From a virus (Duplodnaviria; Caudoviricetes): a stretch of DNA of 52,235 bases. Below the pieces are notes generated by a model. The model made no database searches. It had not been told where the DNA came from and was given only the letters and a program-made list of their open reading frames with translations. Positions 43,107-51,737 of this stretch are shown piece by piece; position 1 is the first letter of the stretch; every line of letters starts with the position of its first letter. The position numbers were made by a program, and so were the translations under genes. Location of the stretch: the IMG/VR virus record IMGVR_UViG_3300046003_002393, positions 1 to 52,235 of that record. The stretch is one strand, 5' to 3'.

Positions 43107-45679
43107 TGCGTGTTGAGGACATGCTGAAGATACTAGCCCAAACACCGGGAGGGGGTCGCGATGAAGTATCGCGACTCGCGCTTGAGGCTACCGCACATAT
43201 GAAGTGGGTTCCGAACCCCGGGCCGCAAACCGAGGCTTACTTTTCACCGGCTGACGAGATATTTTTCGGTGGGCAAGCAGGCGGGGGAAAATCGGATTTA
43301 GAAATCGGACTCGCTATTAACGAACACGATCGGTCACTGCTCCTCCGCAGAACGAATAAAGAAGCCGATGGGCTGGCCGACCGTATGACCGAGATTCTCG
43401 GCAACCGCGATGGGTACAACTCCCAGAAGGGAACATGGAGGATACCGCACAATGGAAACATCGTGGAGATCGGTGGGTGCCAGCTAGAAACGGATAAGCA
43501 ACGGTATAAGGGGAACCCGCATAGTTTGATCTGTGTGGGTAGAGAAACGCCAGTGCTTATGGCAGATGGGTCTTATAAGGCAATCTCCGCTATAAACGTA
43601 GGGGAGTCGGTGACTACACTTGAAGGCCCCCGGCGGGTACTGAAATCTTTCCCCGTCGCGGCAAAACCTTCGGTGGAGTTGCGCGTTCAACTACCGTGCG
43701 GAGCCGTTCATCGCCAGGTGCAATCGACGACCCATAAAGTTCTTTCGCATAAGGAGTGGGTTGCCCCCGGTACACAAGGCGTTTCCCGTGGCCACCTGTC
43801 GGCCCTTGCTTCCAAGCAATGTCATACTCAGCGAGTACCACGCGCCAAACGATCATCCCTACTTGGGTTAGTCGAGCGAGCTCTCTGTACGACAAGTCGG
43901 TTGGGGCGAAGTACCTTGCCACCTCTGCAAGTTGGTTACGTGTCGTCGGGCAAGAAGGGTCAATTGGACGGGTGCGCATATAAGGCGCGAGAACTTCATC
44001 AAAGTGTAGTCGTAAGGTCTGGTGCGCGACGCCTAAATGCTTGGCAGCAGCTTTTATGTTGCCTGTCGTCTTCAACGCTTCTGAGACAATCGAGGAGGTT
44101 AAATGCACCCTCTTTCCATCGTTCATCTTCTTGGCATGATAACTACGATGCGCTGAAAAAGTCATTACTTCTAAGTTCTCAGGTCTGTTATCAGTCCTTA
44201 TCTCATTTTTGTGGTGAACACATTCCTTCTCTGAGGACTTCGTACTCCACACCAAAGGGCGCCCTATCATATCCTCTCCCACAAGACGGTGTTGGAATAC
44301 CCAACCCCACATATTCGCCTCGCGATGAAAAGGATGGAATTCTAAAACGTAACCACCCATCAAGCACGTATGTCCACCCTTATACGAAGGAAATACGTCA
44401 AACGGAGTGCGTGCTTTCTTTAGCTTCATGGTCAGCGGTTCCTATAGGCGATATTGAGTTGTTCGACATCGAGGTTGAAGAAGTAAACCATTTTATCACA
44501 AAAGGCGGGATAGTCAATAAGAACTGTTTCGATGAAGTGAGCGATTTCACCGAATCGCAATACGTTTTTATCAATGCGTGGAACCGCTCCGCGAACCCCA
44601 AACAGCGGTGCCGTATCGTCGCTGCAGGGAACCCCCCGACACGTCCTGAAGGTCTGTGGGTTGTGCGCCGATGGGCAGCATGGCTCGATCCGAAGTACGC
44701 GAATCCCGCTAGTCCGGGAGAGTTACGCTGGTACACCACGGGCGAAGACGGTAAGGAAATCGAGGTCGACGGGATAGGTCCACACCGTATCTATGGCGAA
44801 CAGGTGTTCGCAAGGTCGCGCACCTTCATCCCCTCCCAGTTATCCGACAATCCCGATCTCTCAGCCACGAACTACGCGGCGTCCTTAGCGGGTCTGCCGG
44901 AAGAACTACGGCTAGCTTACCGCGATGGCGACTTCAGTGTGGGTCTCCGCGATGAGCCGTGGCAGATAATCCCCTCGGCATGGGTTGTGGAAGCCCAAGC
45001 CCGTTGGACGAAGAATCCCCCCTACGGCGTGCCGATGTGCTGTATCGGAGTGGACGTAGCGCAAGGAGGTAACGATAACACCGTGCTCGCGATACGACAT
45101 GATGGTTGGTTCGCTCCGTTGATCGTTGTCCCCGGAGCCGAGACCAAGGATGGCCCAAGCGTGGCGGGTAAGGTAGTAGCGAACCGCCGGGACGAGTGCC
45201 GCGTTGTGGTTGACATCGGCGGCGGGTGGGGTGGTGAAGCCTATGCACACATGAAGGCCAACGGCATAGACGCGGTGGGCTACATGGGCATCAAGGCGTC
45301 CACGAGGCGCACGCGGGACAGGCAGTTGGCGTTCACCAATGTCCGTACCGAAGCGTACTGGCGGTTCCGTGAAGCCCTCGATCCTGCTCAACCTGGCGGG
45401 TCGAACATCAAGCTCCCGAGCGACCCCGAGGTGGTATCCGATCTCTGCGCGGCGATGTACGAAGTGACCTCACGGGGCATCAAGCTGGAAAGCAAAGAAG
45501 ATGTCTGCAAGAAGTTAAGCCGATCACCCGATAAAGGCGATGCTATTGTCATGGCGTGGTGGGACGGGTATAAGGTAGAACAGCTTCAAGACGGGGATTG
45601 GAAGGGAGTTAAAGGTGGTAGAATGACTCCTAAAGTGATTATGGGACGTGCAGCGGCGCGAGCGAACAAGAGAAGATGA
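43106..45679 (+). CDS. terL: Terminase large subunit containing a 331-aa intein
   Basis: PNPGPQ, GGQAGGGKS (Walker A), spliced Walker B SLI|CFDE, AGNPP, GVDVAQGGND, SPDKGDA nuclease motifs. Confidence 0.93.
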   Translation: MRVEDMLKILAQTPGGGRDEVSRLALEATAHMKWVPNPGPQTEAYFSPADEIFFGGQAGGGKSDLEIGLAINEHDRSLLLRRTNKEADGLADRMTEILGNRDGYNSQKGTWRIPHNGNIVEIGGCQLETDKQRYKGNPHSLICVGRETPVLMADGSYKAISAINVGESVTTLEGPRRVLKSFPVAAKPSVELRVQLPCGAVHRQVQSTTHKVLSHKEWVAPGTQGVSRGHLSALASKQCHTQRVPRAKRSSLLGLVERALCTTSRLGRSTLPPLQVGYVSSGKKGQLDGCAYKARELHQSVVVRSGARRLNAWQQLLCCLSSSTLLRQSRRLNAPSFHRSSSWHDNYDALKKSLLLSSQVCYQSLSHFCGEHIPSLRTSYSTPKGALSYPLPQDGVGIPNPTYSPRDEKDGILKRNHPSSTYVHPYTKEIRQTECVLSLASWSAVPIGDIELFDIEVEEVNHFITKGGIVNKNCFDEVSDFTESQYVFINAWNRSANPKQRCRIVAAGNPPTRPEGLWVVRRWAAWLDPKYANPASPGELRWYTTGEDGKEIEVDGIGPHRIYGEQVFARSRTFIPSQLSDNPDLSATNYAASLAGLPEELRLAYRDGDFSVGLRDEPWQIIPSAWVVEAQARWTKNPPYGVPMCCIGVDVAQGGNDNTVLAIRHDGWFAPLIVVPGAETKDGPSVAGKVVANRRDECRVVVDIGGGWGGEAYAHMKANGIDAVGYMGIKASTRRTRDRQLAFTNVRTEAYWRFREALDPAQPGGSNIKLPSDPEVVSDLCAAMYEVTSRGIKLESKEDVCKKLSRSPDKGDAIVMAWWDGYKVEQLQDGDWKGVKGGRMTPKVIMGRAAARANKRR
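43532..44524 (+). mobile_element. Intein (Hint domain) in the TerL Walker B motif
   Basis: Block A CVGRETPVLMADG; block B STTHKV; blocks F/G LFDIEVEEVNHFITKGGIVNKN; +1 extein Cys; removal gives GNPHSLICFDEVSDF. Confidence 0.9.
43614..44429 (-). CDS. HNH homing endonuclease encoded antisense within the intein
   Basis: GYV, QHRLV...IGRPL...ECVHHKNEIRTDNRPENLEVM...H...H (HNH_3-like); HTH NIKAAAKHLGVAHQTLR; AGGA SD ~10 nt before ATG. Confidence 0.87.
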   Translation of the reverse strand: MKLKKARTPFDVFPSYKGGHTCLMGGYVLEFHPFHREANMWGWVFQHRLVGEDMIGRPLVWSTKSSEKECVHHKNEIRTDNRPENLEVMTFSAHRSYHAKKMNDGKRVHLTSSIVSEALKTTGNIKAAAKHLGVAHQTLRLHFDEVLAPYMRTRPIDPSCPTTRNQLAEVARYFAPTDLSYRELARLTQVGMIVWRVVLAEYDIAWKQGPTGGHGKRLVYRGQPTPYAKELYGSSIAPGDERLRTVVERATPPKVLPRRGKISVPAGGLQV

Positions 45680-46125
45680 CAACCTACCAACGCGAAACTT
45701 TTGACGAAGCCTACACGGACGCGCTACCGATGCTGGAAGCCCACCGGATAGAGATATCGGACAATGACGTTCCGCTGGATGTGAATGTGAAAGCATACCA
45801 ACAAAGTGAGAAACTTGGGCTGTTAAGGATATACACCGCTAGAAACGACAGAGGTATGGTGGGCTACGCCGCGATGTTCATTCACCGGGGGCTGCATAAT
45901 CAGGATAATTTACAGGCCGCGCAGGACATTTTCTATGTCGACCCCGAGTGGCGGGGCGGTATGGTAGGAACCAGACTTTTAAAATTTGTAGAGGATCAAC
46001 TCCGAAGAGAAGGAGTGCAGATTGTCTATCAAACGGTTAAGATAAAACACCCGATGTTGGGGCAACTACTTGAGCGCAGCGGGTACACCGCTACTGAAAC
46101 TGTCTATCAAAGGAGGTTAGTATAA
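45676..46125 (+). CDS. GNAT-family acetyltransferase
   Basis: MVGYA, DIFYVDPEWRGGMVGTRLLKFVE acetyl-CoA-binding motif. Confidence 0.85.
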   Translation: MTTYQRETFDEAYTDALPMLEAHRIEISDNDVPLDVNVKAYQQSEKLGLLRIYTARNDRGMVGYAAMFIHRGLHNQDNLQAAQDIFYVDPEWRGGMVGTRLLKFVEDQLRREGVQIVYQTVKIKHPMLGQLLERSGYTATETVYQRRLV

Positions 46126-46388
46126 TGGCTGAAGCAGCATTACCCGCAATCTTTGCATCTCTCGCTGGTAGCGTGGCGTCTACCGTACTCGGTAAAGTTC
46201 TGGGCGGTAAGGATGATAACCCTCCCCCCGCGCCTACTCCTACCGCGCCTACCGTCATGCCAACCGCCGATGACGCTTCGGTACAGGCGGCTCGCAAGAA
46301 GTCCATCGCTGACCAGACACATCGGCAAGGGCGAGCGAGTACGATCTTGACCAGCGATCAAGACACCTCTGACAAGTTGGGGGGTTAA
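46125..46388 (+). CDS. Small virion protein upstream of portal
   Basis: Hydrophobic N-terminus, Pro linker, RQGRASTILT...KLGG end. Confidence 0.65.
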   Translation: MAEAALPAIFASLAGSVASTVLGKVLGGKDDNPPPAPTPTAPTVMPTADDASVQAARKKSIADQTHRQGRASTILTSDQDTSDKLGG

Positions 46389-46389
46389 T

Positions 46390-46893
46390 ATGCCAGTAAT
46401 AAAAGTCCCGATACCTGCCAATTCAGTTATCCGTTCAGTTATCAACTCGGGGGTCTTCGCAGGTAAGAGGCGGGGAGTTTTGCCTTCTCCGGATTCTGCC
46501 AATTCAGTTATCAATTCAGTTATCAACTCGGGGTTCTTCGCAGGTAAGAGACTGGGAGTTTTGCCTTCTCAGGATTCTGCCCCCGCGACCATACTTGACC
46601 CAAGTGACCCGACTCTTGGCAGTACCTATGCTGATGGCGTGGAGCGTGCCAGTAGGGTTAAGAAAAAGAAACAGATAGCCGCAGGTGTGGGCGACGCAGG
46701 AGGCGAGGGCGACGCAGGAGGCGAGGGCGACGCTCGCTCGATACTTGAGGAACTTAAGTCGATGCTTATGGGGGCGCCTCAGGGACTCGTGACCCCAGAG
46801 GAGTTAGAGATGTCCCCAGAGGAGTTAGAGATGCGGCGCAAAAAACGTGCCGTGCAGTCAAGTTTGCCGAACCGCACCATATTGGGGGGTTAG
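46390..46893 (+). CDS. Repeat-built hypothetical protein ending RTILGG
   Basis: 167 aa; directly abuts both neighbours; contains three internal duplications. Confidence 0.55.
   Translation: MPVIKVPIPANSVIRSVINSGVFAGKRRGVLPSPDSANSVINSVINSGFFAGKRLGVLPSQDSAPATILDPSDPTLGSTYADGVERASRVKKKKQIAAGVGDAGGEGDAGGEGDARSILEELKSMLMGAPQGLVTPEELEMSPEELEMRRKKRAVQSSLPNRTILGG
46415..46581 (+). repeat. 81-bp tandem duplication
   Basis: Units start at 46415 and 46496; each contains TTCAGTTATC twice. Confidence 0.9.
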
Positions 46894-48528
46894 ATGGAAG
46901 CAATCGAGTTTCACCTAGAGCAAGGCAAGAAGCTATTTGATAGTCGAACAGCACTCTTGTCGATGTGGCAAGAGATCGCGGATAACTTCTACCCTGAACG
47001 CGCAGACTTCACCACGGTGCGCAACATCGGCGCAGAGTTCGCTGATAACTTGACGACCAGCTACCCGATACTCGCACGGCGCGATCTAGGAAACTCTCTC
47101 GGCTCGATGCTGAGACCGACCAGCAAGGACTGGTTCAGAATACGCACCTCCGCGAACTGGGAAACCCTTGGGGTGGAAGCACGAGCATGGCTTGAGTGGG
47201 CGGGCAGTGTGATGAAGCGTGCGATGTATAACCGCAAGGCGCAGTTCACCCGCGCTACTAAAGAGGCCGATCACGACTTCGCCGCCTTTGGGCAAGCAGT
47301 TATCCAGACTTCCCTCAACCGCAATGCCGACGGGTTGCTGTATCGTTGCTGGCACCTCCGCGATGTAGCGTGGCGTGAGAACGAAGAGGGCATGGTCGAC
47401 ACTGTTTATCGCAAGTGGAAACCCACGGCACGCGACCTGACACGACTCTTCCCTGGAAAGGTACACGCTAGTATCTTAGCCAAAATGGAGAAGGAACCAA
47501 TGTGTGAGGTCGAGGTGTGGCACTGTATCGTGCCCTCCGATCTCTACAACGAGGGCAAACCTTCGCGCACGCCGTTCAAGTCCTACTACATCGACGTGGA
47601 TAACAAGCATGTTATGGAAGAGGTTGGCCTCCTTATGATGGAGTACATCGTTCCCCGCTGGCAGACTGTCTCCGGTTCGCAGTATGCCTATTCCCCCTCC
47701 ACGGTAGCCGCACTACCAGACGCAAGGTTACTCCAAGCGATGACCAGCGTGCTGATCGAGGCTGGCGAAAAAGCAGTTAATCCTCCAATGATCGCGACGA
47801 TGGAAGCCTTGCGCTCCGATATCAGCGTCTTCGCGGGGGGCATAACGATAGCGGATTCTGAATACGACGAGCGTTTGGGCGAGGTACTACGGCCTTTAAC
47901 GCACGACATGAAGGGCATCCCCCTAGGTCTTGATATGGCACGGGATACCCGCGCAATGATCTCGGACTGCTTCTTCCTGAACAAGCTGGCACTACCCCCG
48001 CCTGAGCGTGAGATGACCGCATACGAGGTTGGTCAGCGAGTGCAGGAGTATATCCGGCAAGCAATGCCCCTATTCGAGCCTATGGAGGCGGAGTACAACG
48101 CGCCGATATGTGAGAACACCTTCGCGCTCATGCTCCGCGCTGGCGCGTTTGGCTCTCCGATGGACATGCCGCCCGAACTCCACGGCGCGGGGTACGAGTT
48201 TTCGTTCGAGTCGCCGCTGCATGACGCTACTGAGCGTCAGAAAGGACAGCGGTTCCTGGAAGCTAAGAGCATGTTGGCTGAAGCTATCGCGCTTGATCCT
48301 TCCGCCGCGTCGATGGTTGACGTGAAAATCGCGCTCCGCGACGTGCTGCAGAGCATCAACATACCCGCGAAGTGGACACGCACCGAATCGGCGGTGGCTG
48401 AGATGGAAGCGCAGCAGCAACAACAGCAGCAAACTTCCGCGTTGCTTGACCAGATGCAGAAGGGCAGCGATGTGGCTAAGACGATGGCCGAAGCGCAATC
48501 CATCGTACCCGCTGAGGCTACGATATGA
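46894..48528 (+). CDS. Portal (head-tail connector), BPP-1/T7-like
   Basis: 544 aa; WQEIADNFYPERADF, VPRWQTVSGSQYAYSP, EKAVNPP, MTAYEV. Confidence 0.9.
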   Translation: MEAIEFHLEQGKKLFDSRTALLSMWQEIADNFYPERADFTTVRNIGAEFADNLTTSYPILARRDLGNSLGSMLRPTSKDWFRIRTSANWETLGVEARAWLEWAGSVMKRAMYNRKAQFTRATKEADHDFAAFGQAVIQTSLNRNADGLLYRCWHLRDVAWRENEEGMVDTVYRKWKPTARDLTRLFPGKVHASILAKMEKEPMCEVEVWHCIVPSDLYNEGKPSRTPFKSYYIDVDNKHVMEEVGLLMMEYIVPRWQTVSGSQYAYSPSTVAALPDARLLQAMTSVLIEAGEKAVNPPMIATMEALRSDISVFAGGITIADSEYDERLGEVLRPLTHDMKGIPLGLDMARDTRAMISDCFFLNKLALPPPEREMTAYEVGQRVQEYIRQAMPLFEPMEAEYNAPICENTFALMLRAGAFGSPMDMPPELHGAGYEFSFESPLHDATERQKGQRFLEAKSMLAEAIALDPSAASMVDVKIALRDVLQSINIPAKWTRTESAVAEMEAQQQQQQQTSALLDQMQKGSDVAKTMAEAQSIVPAEATI

Positions 48529-48797
48529 CCGCAAAGAAGAGAGTAGATATCCCCGCAGACTTACCCGCGTACTGGGAGTTGCCCGACATAGCCGCTATTC
48601 AAGCTCTTGAAAAAGGAACAGCCACGCCGGAACAGCAGGTACGCGCTTTGACGTGGGTGATAAACAACGCTTGCGGGACGTATGACCTGTGCTATCACGT
48701 TAATGACAGGGAGCACGCCTTCGCAAGTGGAAGGCGTTTTGTAGGTTTACAAGTAGTAAAAATGTTGAAGTTAAACGCAGGTAAATTTAAGGAGTAG
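48525..48797 (+). CDS. Small conserved protein between portal and scaffold (Bbp19-like)
   Basis: ATPEQQ.RAL.W, HAFASGRRFVGLQVVKML. Confidence 0.7.
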   Translation: MTAKKRVDIPADLPAYWELPDIAAIQALEKGTATPEQQVRALTWVINNACGTYDLCYHVNDREHAFASGRRFVGLQVVKMLKLNAGKFKE

Positions 48798-48800
48798 TGA

Positions 48801-49703
48801 ATGTCAGACCAAGAAGCAGCACCCGACGCATCAACGGGAGACCCTGCAGATAACGCAACAGATACCTCCGCAGCCTCATCCGAAGCATCCACCGCCGAAG
48901 CAACCTCCACGTCAACCGCAGCAGACCCGAACGACTGGGCGACCAAACGCACGGCATACGCTAATGGCGACGCGAAGTTGCTGTCCCGACTTTCACGGTA
49001 TTCATCCGAGAAGGACGCGATAGACGCGCTAATCGCGGTGCAGAACAAGATGGCCAGCAGCAGAGCGAAAGAACCCTTGCCCGACAACCCAACACCTGAA
49101 GAAGTAGCGGCATGGCGTGCGGAGAACGGCATTCCGATTACCGCGAAAGATTACGGGGTGAAGGTGCCTGAAGGGATGGACGCGGCGCAAACGGAGGAAT
49201 TTCTCTCTACTGCGCACGAGTTGAACATGACTCCCGCGCAGGTGGAGAAGATAATCGGCTGGAAAGCCGCCGCAGACCAGAAGTTCCTTGAGCAACGGGC
49301 GGAGAACGACCAAACTGCGCGGGATGCCGGAACGGAAGAACTACGAAAGGACTGGGGCAGTGAGTACAAGCTAAACATCAACCTCATCACGGGTCTGCTT
49401 GATGGTGCGCCCCAAGGCGTTAAAGAGCAGATCATGGGAGGTAGGCTGGCCAACGGTACGTTGATCGCGAATGACCCGAGCATGCTGCGATGGTTGGCTT
49501 CTCTATCCCGTGAAGTTAATCCAACCGCAACGGTCGTACCGGGTTCTGGGGTGAACGCAGCCCAGGCTATTCAGAGTGAGATGCAGAATTTGCAGACCAT
49601 GATGGGCGATCGGAAGTCGGAATACTGGAAGGGGCCGAAGTCGGAAGCGTTGCAAGCAAGATACAGAGACCTCGCCACGGTTCAGTCTAAGATTAGCAAA
49701 TAA
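48801..49703 (+). CDS. Capsid scaffolding protein
   Basis: Acidic disordered N-terminus; AHELNMTPAQVEKI, LRKDWGSEY; located between portal and capsid. Confidence 0.8.
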   Translation: MSDQEAAPDASTGDPADNATDTSAASSEASTAEATSTSTAADPNDWATKRTAYANGDAKLLSRLSRYSSEKDAIDALIAVQNKMASSRAKEPLPDNPTPEEVAAWRAENGIPITAKDYGVKVPEGMDAAQTEEFLSTAHELNMTPAQVEKIIGWKAAADQKFLEQRAENDQTARDAGTEELRKDWGSEYKLNINLITGLLDGAPQGVKEQIMGGRLANGTLIANDPSMLRWLASLSREVNPTATVVPGSGVNAAQAIQSEMQNLQTMMGDRKSEYWKGPKSEALQARYRDLATVQSKISK

Positions 49704-49836
49704 AAATCGGCGGGGCTTACGTTGTCAAGGCTCACACGGAAAAGCGACTGACCGTTTATTCCTCGATCGCAGCGTAAGCCACACCGACGCAGAAAGTATA
49801 TTTCAAAGGCATTAACAAGTCAAACAAATAAATAGC

Positions 49837-49865
49837 TTGACAACCTTCGTTAATCGGAATATGTT
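49837..49865 (+). promoter_or_regulatory. Putative sigma70 promoter for the capsid gene
   Basis: TTGACA-17-TATGTT with A-rich upstream element. Confidence 0.6.
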
Positions 49866-50003
49866 TACGCCATAACACCGATAGCAAGGCTCCACAGGTG
49901 CTAGGTAGATCAACCCCTTTATGGGATACCTGATTGAGATAGACAGCGAGGACACCCCAAGCCGACGGATATGTAAATATCTTTTAACTTTGGAGAGTCC
50001 ATT

Positions 50004-50834
50004 ATGTCTGACCACGCATACCAAACGCAGTACCGAGCCGAGTTTGTTGCTGGCTTCGAGCAAAAACAATCCCTGACCCGTAACACCGTCACTACTGAAG
50101 CGATGGTTAAGGGCAATACCGCTACCTTTTTAGTTGCTGACTCTGGCTCTGCCACTGCGGTAACAAGAGGCTTGAACGGTCTTATCCCCGCCCGTGCTGA
50201 TAATCTGACACAGTATTCTGCCTCTCTGACCGAGTGGCACGATCTGGTTCGGCGCACAAGCTACAACATCTTCAGTTCGCAAGGCGATGGTCGCAGGATA
50301 ATGCAAGACACCACGATGGCTGTTATCAACCGCAAGATTGACGATGACATCATCACTGAACTGAACACCGCTACTCAAGACACCGGAACGACTCAGACAG
50401 CCACCTTGTCGATGGTTATGTACGGTATCGCGATCTTGGGCAACAACAGCGTTCCCCTCGATGGCAATGTCTCTGCTCTCATCACGCCAGCGTTCCACGC
50501 TTACTTGATGCAGACTAAAGAGTTCGCCAATGTGGACTATGTGAACAACAAGCCTTTTGAAGGTCAGATGATGTCCTACCGTTGGGCTGGCGTGAACTTC
50601 ATCGTTCATCCGAACCTCCCTGGTAAGGCAACTACCGCCGAGAAGTGCTTCTTGTACCATAAGAACGCAATCGGGCACGCGATCAACACTGGCGGTATCG
50701 ACACCTCTGTTGACTACAACGCTGAACATGACTACTCGTTCGCACGTTGCAGCGCGTTCATGGGGTCGAAGATTCTGCAAAACTCAGGCATCGTAGTGCT
50801 GAACCATGACGGTTCTGCTTACGCCGCCCAATAA
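50004..50834 (+). CDS. Major capsid protein (BPP-1-like)
   Basis: 276 aa; QYRAEFVAGFEQKQSLTR.TV, AVINRKIDDDII, RWAGVNFIVHPNLP, CFLYHKNAIGHA. Confidence 0.88.
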   Translation: MSDHAYQTQYRAEFVAGFEQKQSLTRNTVTTEAMVKGNTATFLVADSGSATAVTRGLNGLIPARADNLTQYSASLTEWHDLVRRTSYNIFSSQGDGRRIMQDTTMAVINRKIDDDIITELNTATQDTGTTQTATLSMVMYGIAILGNNSVPLDGNVSALITPAFHAYLMQTKEFANVDYVNNKPFEGQMMSYRWAGVNFIVHPNLPGKATTAEKCFLYHKNAIGHAINTGGIDTSVDYNAEHDYSFARCSAFMGSKILQNSGIVVLNHDGSAYAAQ

Positions 50835-50852
50835 TCTAAGGAGACATACAAC

Positions 50853-51122
50853 ATGGCTTATTCAACAGCAAACCCTCCAGCCTTAGTTTCTGCTCCCTTG
50901 ACGGGCGCGGGAAGACTGTGGTACTACACCTCAACCGATGTGGCTACTGACGTAGACGCAACCGGCTACTTCACCAACGGCAATGCTCTTGGCATGGCGG
51001 TAAACGACATCGTGTTGGTCTGCGATACGGATACCGGACCAGTAACTACCATCCACAGGGTCATAACCTCGACCACTGGCGGCGCGGCGACAGTATCTAC
51101 CACTGGGTTGACCATCACCTAA
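50853..51122 (+). CDS. Capsid cement/decoration protein
   Basis: 89 aa after the capsid gene; TGYFTNG..LGM.VND; TAAGGAG SD. Confidence 0.7.
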   Translation: MAYSTANPPALVSAPLTGAGRLWYYTSTDVATDVDATGYFTNGNALGMAVNDIVLVCDTDTGPVTTIHRVITSTTGGAATVSTTGLTIT

Positions 51123-51150
51123 CAGCACTTAGTTGATAAGTGATATGATG

Positions 51151-51180
51151 AACGGGCGCTCGTTAAACAGCGCCCGTTTT
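51151..51180 (+). terminator. Intrinsic terminator after capsid/cement genes
   Basis: AACGGGCGCT-8 nt-AGCGCCCGTT followed by TT. Confidence 0.8.
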
Positions 51181-51203
51181 CATAACTAAAAGGATACTAA
51201 AAC

Positions 51204-51728
51204 ATGACAGAATCTATCAAGCTCGCGCCTAAGTTAACTCCAGATCGCTTTAAAGAGGCGGAATATACTAGGCGTGTGTGGGCGATGACGCCCGCAGTAG
51301 GCACTGAGGTTAAACACCTGCTCGCTCCCGCGTACTGGTCGCACGTAGCCGCTAAACTGAACCCGACGGATCGCATTGAAGTAATCACTGAAGACAACGC
51401 ATGGTTCGCTGAACTGTTGGTAATGTCCCAAGGAGGTAACTGGGCGCAAGTCAAGTTGCTGAGATATGTTCAGTTAACTGGTGTGGCCGCCGCGCCGGAG
51501 GCAGTCGTTGAAAAAACTTCTGAATCCGTAGCCGAGGAAGTTACTGAACCCACTACTGAGACACCATCAACGGATAGCCAACTCACCGTCAGCTATGGAG
51601 GGATAAAGGCACGCCATCGGGTCATACGGAAATCTGATAAGGCTGTGCTAAAAGATGGTTTCCCAACGCAAGCCGAAGCTGTAAAATGGATGCACGAACA
51701 TGAAGTAAATAACCTCATCGCACCGTAA
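51204..51728 (+). CDS. Hypothetical phage protein
   Basis: 174 aa; PAYWSHVA.KL...DRIEV..ED..WFAELLV; AAGGA SD. Confidence 0.7.
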   Translation: MTESIKLAPKLTPDRFKEAEYTRRVWAMTPAVGTEVKHLLAPAYWSHVAAKLNPTDRIEVITEDNAWFAELLVMSQGGNWAQVKLLRYVQLTGVAAAPEAVVEKTSESVAEEVTEPTTETPSTDSQLTVSYGGIKARHRVIRKSDKAVLKDGFPTQAEAVKWMHEHEVNNLIAP

Positions 51729-51737
51729 GGAGTCAGC

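Noticed and set aside
48412-48432. Poly-Gln run in the portal C-terminus
   Set aside because: Gln-rich tails are common in podovirus portals; mixed CAG/CAA codons
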